DNA of 64,000 nt from Anaeromyxobacteraceae bacterium (GCA_047602405.1 JASGHJ010000002.1:640001-704000), one strand, 5' to 3'; shown: positions 32,565-49,522, counted from the stretch's first letter. Numbers and translations are program-made. Notes: generated from the letters alone by a model not told the origin.

Positions 32565-32903
32565 ATGGCGCGCCACCTCCTCGCGTTCGTCCTCCGCCTC
32601 GTCCTCTCCGCCGCCGTCCTCTGGGTCGCGGTGAGCTTCGTCACCCCGGGGAACCCGGCGAACACGTTCGGCACCGCGGTGTTCGTCTCGGTGGTGCTCT
32701 CGGTCGCCTACTACGTCACCCTCGCGAAGTTCCTCTGGTTCCTGCTCCTGCCCTGGCTGCTCTACGTCCTCGTCTGGCTCGCGGTCGTGATGGGGACGTA
32801 CGGGCTCGGGTTCGGGCGAGCGCTGCTCGTGGCGATCGCGATGACGATCCTGTCGTGGGTCGCCACCGCGATCTCCGGGGTCAAGACCTTCCGGTCGGAG
32901 TAG
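32565..32903 (+). CDS. Small four-TM membrane protein
   Basis: MARHLLAFVLRLVLSAAVLWVAV...; four hydrophobic segments. Confidence 0.7.
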   Translation: MARHLLAFVLRLVLSAAVLWVAVSFVTPGNPANTFGTAVFVSVVLSVAYYVTLAKFLWFLLLPWLLYVLVWLAVVMGTYGLGFGRALLVAIAMTILSWVATAISGVKTFRSE

Positions 32904-32908
32904 CCGGG

Positions 32909-35734
<2,826 letters not shown>

Positions 35735-35776
35735 GGGGCGAGAAGGAAAGCACGGCCCCGCGCCGAGCGGAAGGGC

Positions 35777-37319
35777 TCAGCCCGTCCGGTCGAAGAAGCT
35801 CCGCGAGCTCCCGGAGCCAGGCCGCGGCGTCCGCCCCCGGCGCGCCCGGCTCGAGGCGCCAGGTCCAGTTGCCGCCCAGCGTCGACGGCACGTTCATGCG
35901 CGCGCCCGAGCCCAGCCCGAGCACGTCCTGCATGGGGATTACCACGTCGTCCGCCACCGAGCCCTCGAGGGCCCGGATCATCGCGAGGTGGATCTCCCGC
36001 CCGCCGCCCGGGCCGAGGCCGAGGTACGCGCCCGCGAACGCCTTCTCCCGCGCGACGTCCTCCGCGCTGCGGACGCTCGCGCCCGCGCCGCCCTCCCACC
36101 AGCCGACCACGGTGTCGTTGTCGTGCGTGCCGGTGTACGCGACCGTGTCCGGCGCGTACGCGTGCGGCCGGAAGGAGGGGGCCTGGGGATTGGCGCCGAA
36201 CGCGAACTGGAGGATGGCCATCCCGGGCAGCCCGGACCCGCGGCGCAGCGCCTCCACCTCCGGCGTCACGACCCCGAGGTTCTCGGCGACGAGCGGCAGC
36301 GCCCCGCCCAGCCCGGCCCGCAGCGCCTCGAAGAACGGCGCGCCGGGGCCGGGGACCCAGCGGCCGGAGGACGCGTCCGGCGCGGCCGCGGGGATCTCCC
36401 AGTACGCCTCGAAGCCGCGGAAGTGGTCGAGCCGGATCCGGTCCACCCGCGCGAGCACGCCGCGCACCCGCTCGATCCACGTCCGGTGCCCCTCCGCCGC
36501 CGAGGCGGCCCAGTCGTGCAGGGGGTTGCCCCACCGCTGACCGGTCGCGCTGAAGTAGTCGGGCGGCACGCCCGCCACCGCCACCGGGGCGCCCGCGCCG
36601 TCGAGGCGGAAGAGGTCGGGGCGGGCCCACACCTCGGCGGAGTCGTGGGCGGGGTAGAGCGGCAGGTCGCCGAGGAGCGCGACGCCACGGGCGCGGCAGC
36701 GCTCGCGCAGCGCGAGCCACTGCCGCTCGAAGCACCACTGCACGAACGCCTCCTCGAAGCGGGCGCCGTCGAGGGCGTTCCGGGCGTCCCGGAGCGCCGC
36801 GGGGTCCCGCCGGGCGAGCGGCGCGGGCCAGAGGGGCCAGGCGGCTCCGCCGTGCGCGTCCTTGAGCGCGCGGAAGAGGGTCCAGTCGTCGAGCCAGGCG
36901 GCCTCGCGCGCGCGGAACGCGGCGAGATCGGCGGCCCGCGCCGCGGGGGCGGCGGCGCGGAACCGGGCCGCGGCGAGCGAGAGCCGCGCCCGTTTCCAGC
37001 GCTCGGCCTCGGCGAGCGCCGCGTGGCCGGCGGCCCCCTCCGGCGCGCCGGCGAGGTCGGAGGGCGCGAGCAGGCCCTCCTCCCGGAGCGCCTCGAGGGA
37101 GACCAGCACCGGGTTCCCGGCGCGGGCCGAGAGCGCCTGGTACGGCGACTCGCCGTAGCCGGTCGGGCCGAGCGGCAGCACCTGCCACAGCCGCTGCCCG
37201 GCCGAGGCGAGCCACTCGACGAACCGGTGCGCGCCGGCGCCGAGGTCGCCCGCGCCGTGGGGCCCCTCGAGCGAGGTCGGGTGCAGGAGCACGCCGCTCT
37301 TGCGGTCGCGGAGGCTCAC
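35777..37319 (-). CDS. malQ: 4-alpha-glucanotransferase; apparent frameshift close to the 3' end (about 35796)
   Basis: SGVLLHPTSL, WQVLPLGPT, GVPPDYFSATGQRWGNP, RLDHFRG, YTGTHDNDT, RMNVP...GNWTWR. Confidence 0.95.
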
Positions 37320-38026
37320 AGGTGCTGGATCCGGTCCTCGGGCTCGGCGCCGTCGCCGTCCGCCTCGGGGCGCCCGAGCCGGTCGATGGCCCGCGCCACC
37401 GCGTCGCGCGCGCCGAGGCCGACCGCGAGCGCGCAGGCGAGCGCGAAGGCCCCCACCACGATGGAGAACCCGATGGCGGGCAGCTGGCCCCCCACGCCCA
37501 CGTGCTGCAGCGCCATCGCCGAGGCGAGCGCGGCGATGACCACCTTCGCGGCCGAGGCCGCGAGGCGCGCCTGGCGGAACCCGGCGTTCACGAGCGCGAT
37601 GAGCACGTTGCGCTCGATGAGCCGGGCGATGCCCACGCCGGCGAGGAACACGAGGAGGCCGATCACCAGCCGGGGCAGGAGGGTGAGGAGCGCGAACCCG
37701 AAGGAGGAGACGCTCGTGCCGAGCACCTCGAGCGCGAGCGCCACCCCGCCCGCCGCCACGAGCCAGAACGCACCCGCCGCGACGAGCCGCGACGGCTCGC
37801 GCGAGGGCTCGAGCTCCATGCCGCTCGTGAGCCCCCACTCCCGGGCCCGCCGGTCGAAGCCGATGCGGGAGAGCCCGGCCCGGAGCGCCACGCGCAGCGC
37901 GGCGCCGAGCAGGACCGCGCCGAGGATCACGATCAGCATCGCCACCACCCCGGGCAGGTCGGCGGCGATGACCACCTGCAGGCGCGCGAAGGCCTCGGCG
38001 AGGACGGCTCGGATCTGGTCCAGCAT
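37316..38026 (-). CDS. CmpX-like TM-helix repeat / mechanosensitive-channel-associated membrane protein
   Basis: LPGVVAML..., LPRLVIG, ALAVGLGARD. Confidence 0.75.
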   Translation of the reverse strand: MLDQIRAVLAEAFARLQVVIAADLPGVVAMLIVILGAVLLGAALRVALRAGLSRIGFDRRAREWGLTSGMELEPSREPSRLVAAGAFWLVAAGGVALALEVLGTSVSSFGFALLTLLPRLVIGLLVFLAGVGIARLIERNVLIALVNAGFRQARLAASAAKVVIAALASAMALQHVGVGGQLPAIGFSIVVGAFALACALAVGLGARDAVARAIDRLGRPEADGDGAEPEDRIQHL

Positions 38027-38035
38027 GCGAGGCTC

Positions 38036-39246
38036 CTATGGGCTGAACCGATCCGGCCAGCGCCAGCGGGTGATGAGGTAACGCTTCTCCAGCTCGAAGG
38101 CGGTGCACAGCCGCTCCACCCGCGCGTCGGCCTCGCCGGGCGCGAGCGGGCCCACCTCGTTCGCGAACCCGGCGAGCCAGCCGAGGTAGAGGGGCGTCAT
38201 CGAGCGCAGCAGCTGGGAGCGGTCCATGACCTTGAGCCGCCAGCCGACCGCGAAGTCGTAGACGATGCGCGCCCAGAGCGCGTCGGGCATGCGGAACGCC
38301 TCGGGCGGCTCGGTGGCGAGGCGCCCGAGCGCGTAGAGCGTCTGCGGCGGCAGCACCGCGCTCCAGAGCGGCCGGAGCTCGCGCGAGGCGAGCGAGAACG
38401 TCTCGAGCAGCGGCCGCGGCGCCGGGACCGCCTCGTGGCCGCCGGCGTCCGGGCGCGGTGGCGGGTGCTCGTCCCCCCAGGTCGCGACAGGCCGGGAGCC
38501 TTGCACCCGCTGCCAGGCCGGCGCATGGGTGTTCATCTCGTGGAACACGAGCCCGAGCACGTCCGCGATCGCGCGCGAGACGTCGGGCGGCTGCTCGGGC
38601 GGGACCGGGCGGGGGCCGAGGAACACCTGGGCCACCCGCGCGTCGGCCACGAGCGCCTTCGTCACCACCCAGAGGTCGGCGCCCGCGTGCCCGGGGTCGG
38701 TGCGCCAGTCCACCGAGGCGAGCAGGTGCTCGCAGAGCCGCCGGGAGAGCACGAGCTCGCGGCCGAGCGGCTGGCGCAGCCGGTGGCCGAAGAGCGCCGG
38801 GTGAGCGGGTAGACGATGCCGGTGACGAGCACGCCCTCGAACCGGCCGCGCGCGTAGCTCGGCGCCACGAGGTCGTAGTGCTCGTCGAGCACCGGCTGCA
38901 GCAGCGCGCGCAGCCAGCCCGGGTCCGCGGGCCGCGGCAGGGGCTCGAGGAGCGCGCACGCGGGGGCGCCGCGCGAGACGGCGAGCTCGAGGAGCGCCGG
39001 CAGCGCGGCGTCCGGGCCGCCATGACCCCCCGTGTAGACGACCGCGGGGTGGTCGCGCTCCTCCGCGTGCGGCGCGGCGCCGTCGAGCACCACCGCGAGG
39101 GTCGGCCGGTCCGGGAAGGCCTGGCGCAGCACCCCCTCCGCGGCGAGCGCCGAGCGCCGCGCGCCGCCCCCGTCGGGCGGCACGGTCGGGATCCCGACGA
39201 CGACGTCGACCGCCGGGGGCTCGCCGGTCCGGGAGGGGTCGAGCAC
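38036..39246 (-). CDS. GT-A-like glycosyltransferase homolog (glucosylglycerate-synthase-like); apparent frameshift at about 38797
   Basis: DVVVGIP, YDLVAPSYAR, YPLTRALFGHRLRQPLGRE, WARIVYDF, PLYLGW, FELEKRYL. Confidence 0.75.
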
Positions 39247-39304
39247 GCTCCGGAAGGTAATGCGCCCGCCTGGCCCGGGTGAGCGGCCAGGCGGGCAGGC
39301 ACCC

Positions 39305-42600
<3,296 letters not shown>

Positions 42601-42675
42601 GACTCACATGGTTGTCATGATTTGGATCAAGCGTGAAGACATTCCGGAATCCGCACAGTTACGTTGTTCAAGGTG

Positions 42676-42712
42676 TGTCAACCCGCTTTGGTCAATCTGT
42701 AAATCTTGAAAA
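42676..42712. promoter_or_regulatory. Putative RamB/ScfR operator repeats
   Basis: TGTCAA, GGTCAA, TGTAAA, TGAAAA in AT-rich spacer between divergent aceBA and regulator. Confidence 0.45.
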
Positions 42713-42765
42713 TGACGTGCTGCGTCCGTACCTTGTGAGCCTCCTGGAGGGCAGCACCCCCGGTC

Positions 42766-44214
42766 ATGCCCGAGCCCGTCCACCTCGGCGCCCGCGTGCG
42801 CGCCCTCCGCCGCGAGCGCGGCCTCACCCAGGCCCAGCTCGCGGAGCGGCTCGGCATCAGCGCGAGCTACCTGAACCTCATCGAGCACAACCGGCGCGGC
42901 CTCTCCGCGCAGCTCCTCATCAAGCTCGCCGACGTCCTGCAGCTCGATCTGCGCGCGCTCTCGCAGGACGGCCAGGATCGAACGGTCGCAGACCTGATGG
43001 AGGCGTTCGGGGACCCGGTCTTCCGGCCGCACGACCTCACGAACGCCGAGGTCAGGGAGCTCGCGAACGGCACGCCGTCCGCGGCCCGCGCGGTGCTCAC
43101 GCTCTACCAGGCGTACCGCGCCGCCCGCGAGGCCGCCGACATGCTCGCCGCGACGCTCTCCGACGGCGACCTCGGCGGGATCGACTCGACCCACCTCCCC
43201 ACCGAGGAGGTCTCGGAGCTCCTGCAGCGCCACGGCAACCACTTCCCGGAGCTCGAGGAGGGCGCCGAGGCGTTCGGACGGGACGCGCGCGGGGCCGAGG
43301 ACGTCGGGACCGCGCTCGTGCGCGCGCTCGGGAACCAGGGCGTGGAGGTCCGGGTGGCGCGCGCCTCGGCCATGGGCGGCGCGGTGCGCCGCTACGACGC
43401 CGAGGCGCGGGTCCTCTCGCTCTCCGAGGTGCTCCGCCGGGGCAGCCGGAACTTCCAGCTCGCGTACACGCTCGGGCTGCTCACCCAGGGCCCCGTGCTC
43501 GACCGGCTCCTCTCCGGCCCGCACCTCACGAGCGGCGCCTCGCGCGCGCTCGCGCGGGTCGCCCTCGCGAACTACTTCGCCGGCGCGGCGCTCATGCCGT
43601 ACCGCCCCTTCCTCGAGGCGGCCCGCACCGAGCGCTACGATCTCGATCTGCTGGGCCACCGGTTCCGCACGAGCTTCGAGCAGGTCTGCCACCGCCTCAC
43701 GACGCTCCGGCGGCCCGGCGCCGAGGGCGTGCCGTTCCACATGGTGCGGGTCGACATCGCCGGGAACATCTCGAAGCGCTTCAGCGGCTCGGGCCTGCGC
43801 TTCGCGCGGTTCTCCGGCGCCTGCCCGCGGTGGGCGGTCTTCGAGGCGTTCACGACGCCCGGCCTCTTCCGCACCCAGCTCTCCCAGATGCCCGACGGCG
43901 CCACCTACTTCTCGGTCGCGCGCACGGTGCGCCGCGAGAGCGGCGGCTTCCACGCGCCGCGCTCGGTGGTCGCCATCGCGCTCGGCTGCGAGGCCTCCCG
44001 CGCGCGGGAGCTCGTGTACGCCGACGGCGTCGACCTCGACTCGCGCGAGGCGGTCGTGCCGGTCGGCGTCACCTGCCGCCTCTGCGAGCGGATGGACTGC
44101 GAGCAGCGGGCGTTCCCGCCGCTGCAGCACCCCCTCGAGGTGAACGCGGACGTCCGGGGCGCCTCCTTCTACGCACCACCCGGACCCAGGGGAGGGCCTC
44201 GCCAGGGGCCGTAA
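42766..44214 (+). CDS. ramB: RamB/ScfR-family XRE regulator (short-chain fatty acyl-CoA regulator)
   Basis: LGISASYLNLIEHNRR, ANYFAGAALMPY, SFEQVCHRLTTL, RVDIAGNISKRFS, GACPRW, CRLCERMDCEQRAFP. Confidence 0.88.
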   Translation: MPEPVHLGARVRALRRERGLTQAQLAERLGISASYLNLIEHNRRGLSAQLLIKLADVLQLDLRALSQDGQDRTVADLMEAFGDPVFRPHDLTNAEVRELANGTPSAARAVLTLYQAYRAAREAADMLAATLSDGDLGGIDSTHLPTEEVSELLQRHGNHFPELEEGAEAFGRDARGAEDVGTALVRALGNQGVEVRVARASAMGGAVRRYDAEARVLSLSEVLRRGSRNFQLAYTLGLLTQGPVLDRLLSGPHLTSGASRALARVALANYFAGAALMPYRPFLEAARTERYDLDLLGHRFRTSFEQVCHRLTTLRRPGAEGVPFHMVRVDIAGNISKRFSGSGLRFARFSGACPRWAVFEAFTTPGLFRTQLSQMPDGATYFSVARTVRRESGGFHAPRSVVAIALGCEASRARELVYADGVDLDSREAVVPVGVTCRLCERMDCEQRAFPPLQHPLEVNADVRGASFYAPPGPRGGPRQGP

Positions 44215-44247
44215 TAACCCTCCACCCCCGGCGTAGTCGGGGGTGTC

Positions 44248-44427
44248 ATGCGCACCGGCATCGCCATCGTCGTCCTCGGTCTCACGCTGCAAGCCGGCTT
44301 CCTCCTGGCCTCCGGCAGGCCGCCCCCGCCTCCGCCGCCGCCGAAGGCCGAGTCGCTCCACGTGAACGAGGAGATCGTCGTGCAGGGCCACCGCCCGGCC
44401 CGGCACGTCGCCGCGAACGCGCGCTGA
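44248..44427 (+). CDS. 59-aa exported or membrane-anchored protein with TonB-box-like motif
   Basis: Own translation MRTGIAIVVLGLTLQAGFLLASGRPPPPPPPPKAESLHVNEEIVVQGHRPARHVAANAR; GC3-rich; fills intergenic gap. Confidence 0.65.
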   Translation: MRTGIAIVVLGLTLQAGFLLASGRPPPPPPPPKAESLHVNEEIVVQGHRPARHVAANAR

Positions 44428-44452
44428 CCTGGCTCGCCCGGCTGCGGCCGAC

Positions 44453-45803
44453 TCAGCTCGCCGCGACGCCGAGCGGGTGCGCGTAGGGCGGCTCGAGCCG
44501 CACCGGCGCGCGGCCCGCCGCCCGGGCCCGCAGGAACAGGAACCGGTCGCGCTCGAGCGCGCCCCCGAGCGCCTCGGCGAGGCGGTCGAGGCGGGCCGCC
44601 TCCGTGCGCGCGGCGCGCGCCACCGCCTCGTCGAGGGCCACCCCCCGCCGCACGAGCGCGGCGAGCCGCGCGGCCATGCCGTCGCGCTCGCGCTCGAGCG
44701 CCGCGAGGTCGTCCCGGGCGCGGCCGATCGCCTCGAGCCGCCGCCCGTACGCGGCGGCCTCGCCGGCGCGGACGCGGTCCCAGGCGAGCTGCGCCTCGAG
44801 CGCGCCCTCGCGCCCCGCGAGCCGGCGGCCCGCGAGGTCGAGCGCGAACGCGGCCGCGAACGGCGCCGCGGCCACGAGCACCCCGGCGGTCCACGGGCCC
44901 GGGAGGGCCGAGGCGACCGCGAGCAGCGTCGCCGCGAGCGCCGCGAGCGCCGAGCCCGCGGCGTCCCTTCGGGTCGAGCCCTCGCCGAGCGCGCGGCCCG
45001 CGCGCCGGAGCGCCGCGAGCGCGAGCGCGACCGCGCACGCGGTGATCCCGCCGGCGAAGGCGACCGCGGCCCCGGCGGCGATGGGGGCCTCCGCGGCGGC
45101 GAGGACGAGGTCGCCGGGCGCGCCGAGCGCGCCGAGCGCGGGGAGGGCGAGGCGCCAGGCCTCGGCGAGCCCCACCAGGGCGGCGAAGCCCTGCAGCGTG
45201 CGGGCCGGCAGCGGATCGGGGACCTCCGGCCGCCCGAGCTGCTCGGGCGTCGCGAGGATCCGGGGCGGGGTGACCACCGCGCCGCTCGCGACGTCCGCCT
45301 CGAGCGCGCGCACGAGCCGCTCGGCGCGGTCCCGCGCGGCCTCGACCCGGCCGTCGAGCTCGGAGATGCGCTCCTCGGCGTCGCGCACCGCCGCCGCCGC
45401 GTGCGGCCCCTCGCGCTCGGCGAGCGTGCGCAGCCAGCGCGGGCGGCTCTCGCCCACCGCGGTCGCCGCGGCCGAGCGCGACGCCGCCGGCCGGGGCCGG
45501 GCGACCGCCTCGCCGTCCGCGATTCTCGATCGTGGCGGGCAGCTCCCTGAGCGGGACGGGCAGGCGCGCCGCGTACCCGGCCAGGCGGTCCCGCAGGAAG
45601 TCGTCGACCGCGACGCCGGCACGCACCGCGTCGCGCGCGGCGAGCCGCGCCGCGAGCTCGGAGCGCGACACCCGTGCGGGCGGGGCGGAACGCGGCAACT
45701 TGACGGTGGGTCGCCCGAACCGCTCCCGGACCGCCGCCACGGCACGTGCCGCGAGGATCCTCAGACCGTTACGCCCCACCACCGTCGCACGCGATTCGCC
45801 CAT
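44453..45803 (-). CDS. Hypothetical coiled-coil membrane protein; apparent frameshift at about 45523
   Basis: Two ORF halves join at GAGAATC to GAGATC; central hydrophobic helices flanked by coiled coils. Confidence 0.55.
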
Positions 45804-45965
45804 TTGAACCGTCCCTCCCGTCCAAGGGCGAACCTAGGGAGCGGCGGGAGGGCCGGGGAGCGGCCCTGCGGAGGGTGAGCGGCCCTCCCCCTTCGAGCCT
45901 GTCCCGAATCCGTCCACGGGCCACGGGATAGCCCCATCGAATCCGGCGGACCTAACCTCCTCGAC

Positions 45966-46331
45966 GTGCCGAAGCGCATCCTCATCGTCGACGACAACGA
46001 CGTCCTCCGGAACCTGCTCGCGCAGTGCCTGGAGTACGCCGGCTACACGCCCATCGGGGCGGAGTCGGGCGAGGCCGCGCTGAAGCTCATGGCCGAGGAC
46101 CCGCCGGACCTTTGCGTCGTCGACCAGGTGATGCCGGGCATGACGGGCGCGGAGCTCATCCGGGCCCTGCGCGCCTCGCAGGACGAGCGGCTCCGCGCGG
46201 TCCCCGCCATCGGCCTCTCCGGCTGGGAGGAAGGCGAGGAGGCGCTGCTCGAGGCCGGCGCCGCGCGCGCGCTCAAGAAGCCGTGCGGCGTCGAGCCGCT
46301 GCTCGAGCACGTCCGCGAGCTCGCCGCTTAG
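45966..46331 (+). CDS. Single-domain response regulator
   Basis: ILIVDDN, DQVMPGMTG, LSG, KP. Confidence 0.92.
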   Translation: MPKRILIVDDNDVLRNLLAQCLEYAGYTPIGAESGEAALKLMAEDPPDLCVVDQVMPGMTGAELIRALRASQDERLRAVPAIGLSGWEEGEEALLEAGAARALKKPCGVEPLLEHVRELAA

Positions 46332-47515
46332 CCCCTCGCGTAGCTCTCCATCGCCCCCGCGACCGCGGCGCCCGGCTTCGGGCCCTTGCCCTGTTTCGCG
46401 AGCGCCTGCTCGAGCGCGGCGAGCACCGCGAGCACGTTCTCCTGCCGCGCCGACTCGCCCATGAGCCCGACGCGCCAGACCTTCCCGGCGAGCGGGCCGA
46501 GGCCGCCGCCGATCTCGATGCCGTGCTCGAGGAGCAGGGCCTTCCTCACCGCGGCCTCGTCGATCCCGGCGGGGACCTTCACGCAGTTGAGCGTCGGGAG
46601 CCGGCGGCCCTCCTGCGCCTGCGGCGCGCAGCCGAGCGCGCCGAGGCCGGCCATGAGCGCGGCGGAGTGGCGGCGGTGGCGCGCGAAGCGGGGCTCGAGC
46701 CCCTCCTCGAGCACGAGCCGGAGCGACTCGCGCAGCGCGTAGGCCATCGAGATGGGCGCGGTGTGGTGGTACACGCGCTTCCCCTCCGCCCAGTAGTCCG
46801 CGACCATGCCGGCGTCGAGGTACCAGCTCTGCACCTTCGTCTTCCGCGCGCGGACCGCGTCGAGCGCGCGCTGCGAGAGGCTGAGCGGCGCGAGGCCGGG
46901 CGGGCAGGAGAGGCACTTCTGCGTGCCGGAGTAGCAGGCGTCGACCTCCCAGGCGTCGAGCTCGACCGGCACGCCACCGAGGGAGGTGACGGCGTCGACG
47001 ACGAGGAGCGCGCCGTGCGCGTGGCAGAGCTTGCCGAGCCCGGCGATCGGCTGGTGCGCGCCGGTCGAGGTCTCGGCGTGCACGAGCGCGACGAGCTTCG
47101 GCTTCTCCTTCGAGAGCGCCTCCTCGATGCGCGCGTGCTCGATGGTCTCGCCCCACGGGACCTCGAGCTTCACGACCTTCGCGCCGGCGCGGCCCGCGAT
47201 GTCGACCATGCGGGTGCCGAACACGCCGGCCACCACGATCACCGCCGTGTCGCCGGGCTCGAGGAGGTTGACGAGCGCCGCCTCCATGCCCGCCGAGCCG
47301 GTGCCGGAGACCGCGATCGTGAACGGGTTCGCGGTGCCCATCACGTACCGGAGCGCGGCCTGGATCTCGTTCATGATGACGAGGAAGGCCGGGTCGAGGT
47401 GGCCGACGAGCGGCGTCGACATCGCGCGCAGCACGCGCGGGTGGACCTGGCTCGGGCCGGGACCGAGGAGGAGGCGGGACGGGGCGGCGAGCTCGGGCAG
47501 GGTGGGGGCGGGCAT
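46328..47515 (-). CDS. Alanine-glyoxylate / serine-pyruvate aminotransferase family (class V PLP)
   Basis: LLLGPGPS, GHLDP, SGTGSAGME, HAETSTG, DAVTSLGG, SGTQKCL, YHHTAP; GGAGG RBS. Confidence 0.93.
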   Translation of the reverse strand: MPAPTLPELAAPSRLLLGPGPSQVHPRVLRAMSTPLVGHLDPAFLVIMNEIQAALRYVMGTANPFTIAVSGTGSAGMEAALVNLLEPGDTAVIVVAGVFGTRMVDIAGRAGAKVVKLEVPWGETIEHARIEEALSKEKPKLVALVHAETSTGAHQPIAGLGKLCHAHGALLVVDAVTSLGGVPVELDAWEVDACYSGTQKCLSCPPGLAPLSLSQRALDAVRARKTKVQSWYLDAGMVADYWAEGKRVYHHTAPISMAYALRESLRLVLEEGLEPRFARHRRHSAALMAGLGALGCAPQAQEGRRLPTLNCVKVPAGIDEAAVRKALLLEHGIEIGGGLGPLAGKVWRVGLMGESARQENVLAVLAALEQALAKQGKGPKPGAAVAGAMESYARG

Positions 47516-47670
47516 GTCGACCTCCAGTCGAGGCGTTCGCGGCAAGGGAGTGTCGCACACCCGCGCAGTGAATGGACCGCGACCTTGCGCCGTCCCCGGC
47601 CGGGCGGGGGTTGACCCGCCCGGGCCCGCCACGCGAGCCTGGCCACGAACGCCGCACCGGGGAGCCCACG

Positions 47671-49506
47671 ATGACCCTCAGACTGCTCGCGCTCGCCGTC
47701 CTCGCCTCCCCGCTCGCCTACGCGCCGCCGGCGGCCGCCCAGGCGCCCGGCGCCGCCCACCTGCGGGACGAGGCCGACCGCGGGCTCATCGCCTCCTATC
47801 CGCTCGCCGGGGATGCCGTCGACGAGGTCACCCGCGCGCCCGCCATGAGCTACGGCGTCGTCCCGGCCGAGGGGCGCGACCGCCGTCCGGCGGGGGCGCT
47901 CCGGTTCGACGGGCGCCGCTCCTACGTGAACCTCGGCGACCGGCTCGCACCCCAGACCTTCACGGTGGCTGCGTGGATCCGGCCCGACGCGGTCGGCCCG
48001 GTGCAGGTGATCCTCTCCCGCATCCGGAACGCCCCCGGTCACTACCAGAAGAACCTCGAGCTCCGGCTCGACGCGGGCGGCGTCCTGTTCCTGCACGTGC
48101 CGAGCGGCCAGGGCTGGGAGGCGGTGCGGGGCGACCGGCCCATCCCGGCGGGGCGCTGGACGCACGTCGCGGCCACCTACGACGGCCGCCGCGCGCAGCT
48201 CTGGGTCGACGGGCAGGCCGACGGCCAGCCCCTCGACGTCGCCTACGAGCAGACCCGCACCGAGACCTTCATCGGCGCGCGGCCGGAGGGCGGGAACCCG
48301 CGCGGCCCGACGTTCTTCTTCGGCGGCCTCCTCTCGGACGTGAAGGTGTGGGACCGCGCGCTCGGCGCCGGCGAGCTCGCCCGGGTCGCGGGCCGCGCGG
48401 AGGCCCAGCCGCCGCGCTGGCCGCCGCAGCCCGGCCCGGGCCCCGGCTACCCGGGAAACCCCGGCTACCCCGGCGGCGCCGCCCAGCCGGTCGCCTCCTG
48501 GCCCCTCGACCGCGGTGACCTCCGCGACGCGGTGGGCGGCGCCGAGGGGCACGCCTCCGGCCCGCTCCGCGCGGCCGAGGATCGCCGCGGCGACCCGCAG
48601 GGCGCGATCGGCCTCGCCGGCCGCGCGTGGATCGACGCGGGCGCCGTCGTCGAGCCGGAGACCCTCACGATCACCGCGTGGGTGCGCCCGGCGCGGGTGG
48701 ACCGCGACATGGCGATCCTCTCGAAGCTCTCGAGCGCCTACGGCCCCCGCGACCGCTGGCTCGAGCTCCGGCTGGAGCGCGGTGGCAAGGTCGCGCTCGG
48801 CTTCCCGTCGCCGCTCGGGCGGGAGCCGGTGGTGCGCTCGACGCGCCCCATCGCGCCGAACCGCTGGACCCACGTCGCCGCCACCTTCGACGGCGGCCGC
48901 GCGAGGATCTATCTGGACGGCCAGGCCGCCGGCGAGGCCGTGCTCGCGCCGTTCGACGCCTCGCGCGGCCCGCTCTTCCTCGGCGCGCGCCCGGACGCCT
49001 CCGGCCGCCGCCCGCGCCTCGGCTACGACCTCGAGGGCCGCCTCGACGACGTCGGCCTCTGGCGCGGCGCGCTCGACGCCGCCGAGGTGGCGCGGCTCGC
49101 CGACCGGACGCCCACGCCTCCTCCGCCGAATCCCTACGAGCCCCCGCGGCCGGGCCACCCGCCCGGCCAGGGCGGCGGCTGGGACGACGAGCCGGTCGGG
49201 CCGCTCGCCCCGGTGGCCCGGGCGCTCGCGCGGTTCGAGTCGGCCGTCGCCCGCCGCGACGCCGCCCGCCTCGCGGCCGCCGAGGACGCCGCGCTCCGCG
49301 CGCTCGAGGACGCGGCGCAGGCCTACCGCGGCCAGCGCGACGCGGGCGCCGTGGTGCAGCGTCTCCGCCAGGCGACCCAGGAGCTCTCGGCGCAGCGCGG
49401 GCGCACCGACGCGATGAGCCTCGACCGCAAGCGCTCCGCGCTCGTCGGCGCCGCCGACGTCCTCTGGGACGACCTCGCGCACGAGGTGGACGAGCGGCCG
49501 TTCTGA
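47671..49506 (+). CDS. Secreted protein with two LamG-like (Laminin_G_3) domains and helical tail
   Basis: Signal peptide; two repeats of T..AW.RP...RWTHVAAT.DG.RA..Y/W.DG...F.G. Confidence 0.85.
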   Translation: MTLRLLALAVLASPLAYAPPAAAQAPGAAHLRDEADRGLIASYPLAGDAVDEVTRAPAMSYGVVPAEGRDRRPAGALRFDGRRSYVNLGDRLAPQTFTVAAWIRPDAVGPVQVILSRIRNAPGHYQKNLELRLDAGGVLFLHVPSGQGWEAVRGDRPIPAGRWTHVAATYDGRRAQLWVDGQADGQPLDVAYEQTRTETFIGARPEGGNPRGPTFFFGGLLSDVKVWDRALGAGELARVAGRAEAQPPRWPPQPGPGPGYPGNPGYPGGAAQPVASWPLDRGDLRDAVGGAEGHASGPLRAAEDRRGDPQGAIGLAGRAWIDAGAVVEPETLTITAWVRPARVDRDMAILSKLSSAYGPRDRWLELRLERGGKVALGFPSPLGREPVVRSTRPIAPNRWTHVAATFDGGRARIYLDGQAAGEAVLAPFDASRGPLFLGARPDASGRRPRLGYDLEGRLDDVGLWRGALDAAEVARLADRTPTPPPPNPYEPPRPGHPPGQGGGWDDEPVGPLAPVARALARFESAVARRDAARLAAAEDAALRALEDAAQAYRGQRDAGAVVQRLRQATQELSAQRGRTDAMSLDRKRSALVGAADVLWDDLAHEVDERPF

Positions 49507-49522
49507 ATTTCACGGGGGGCTC

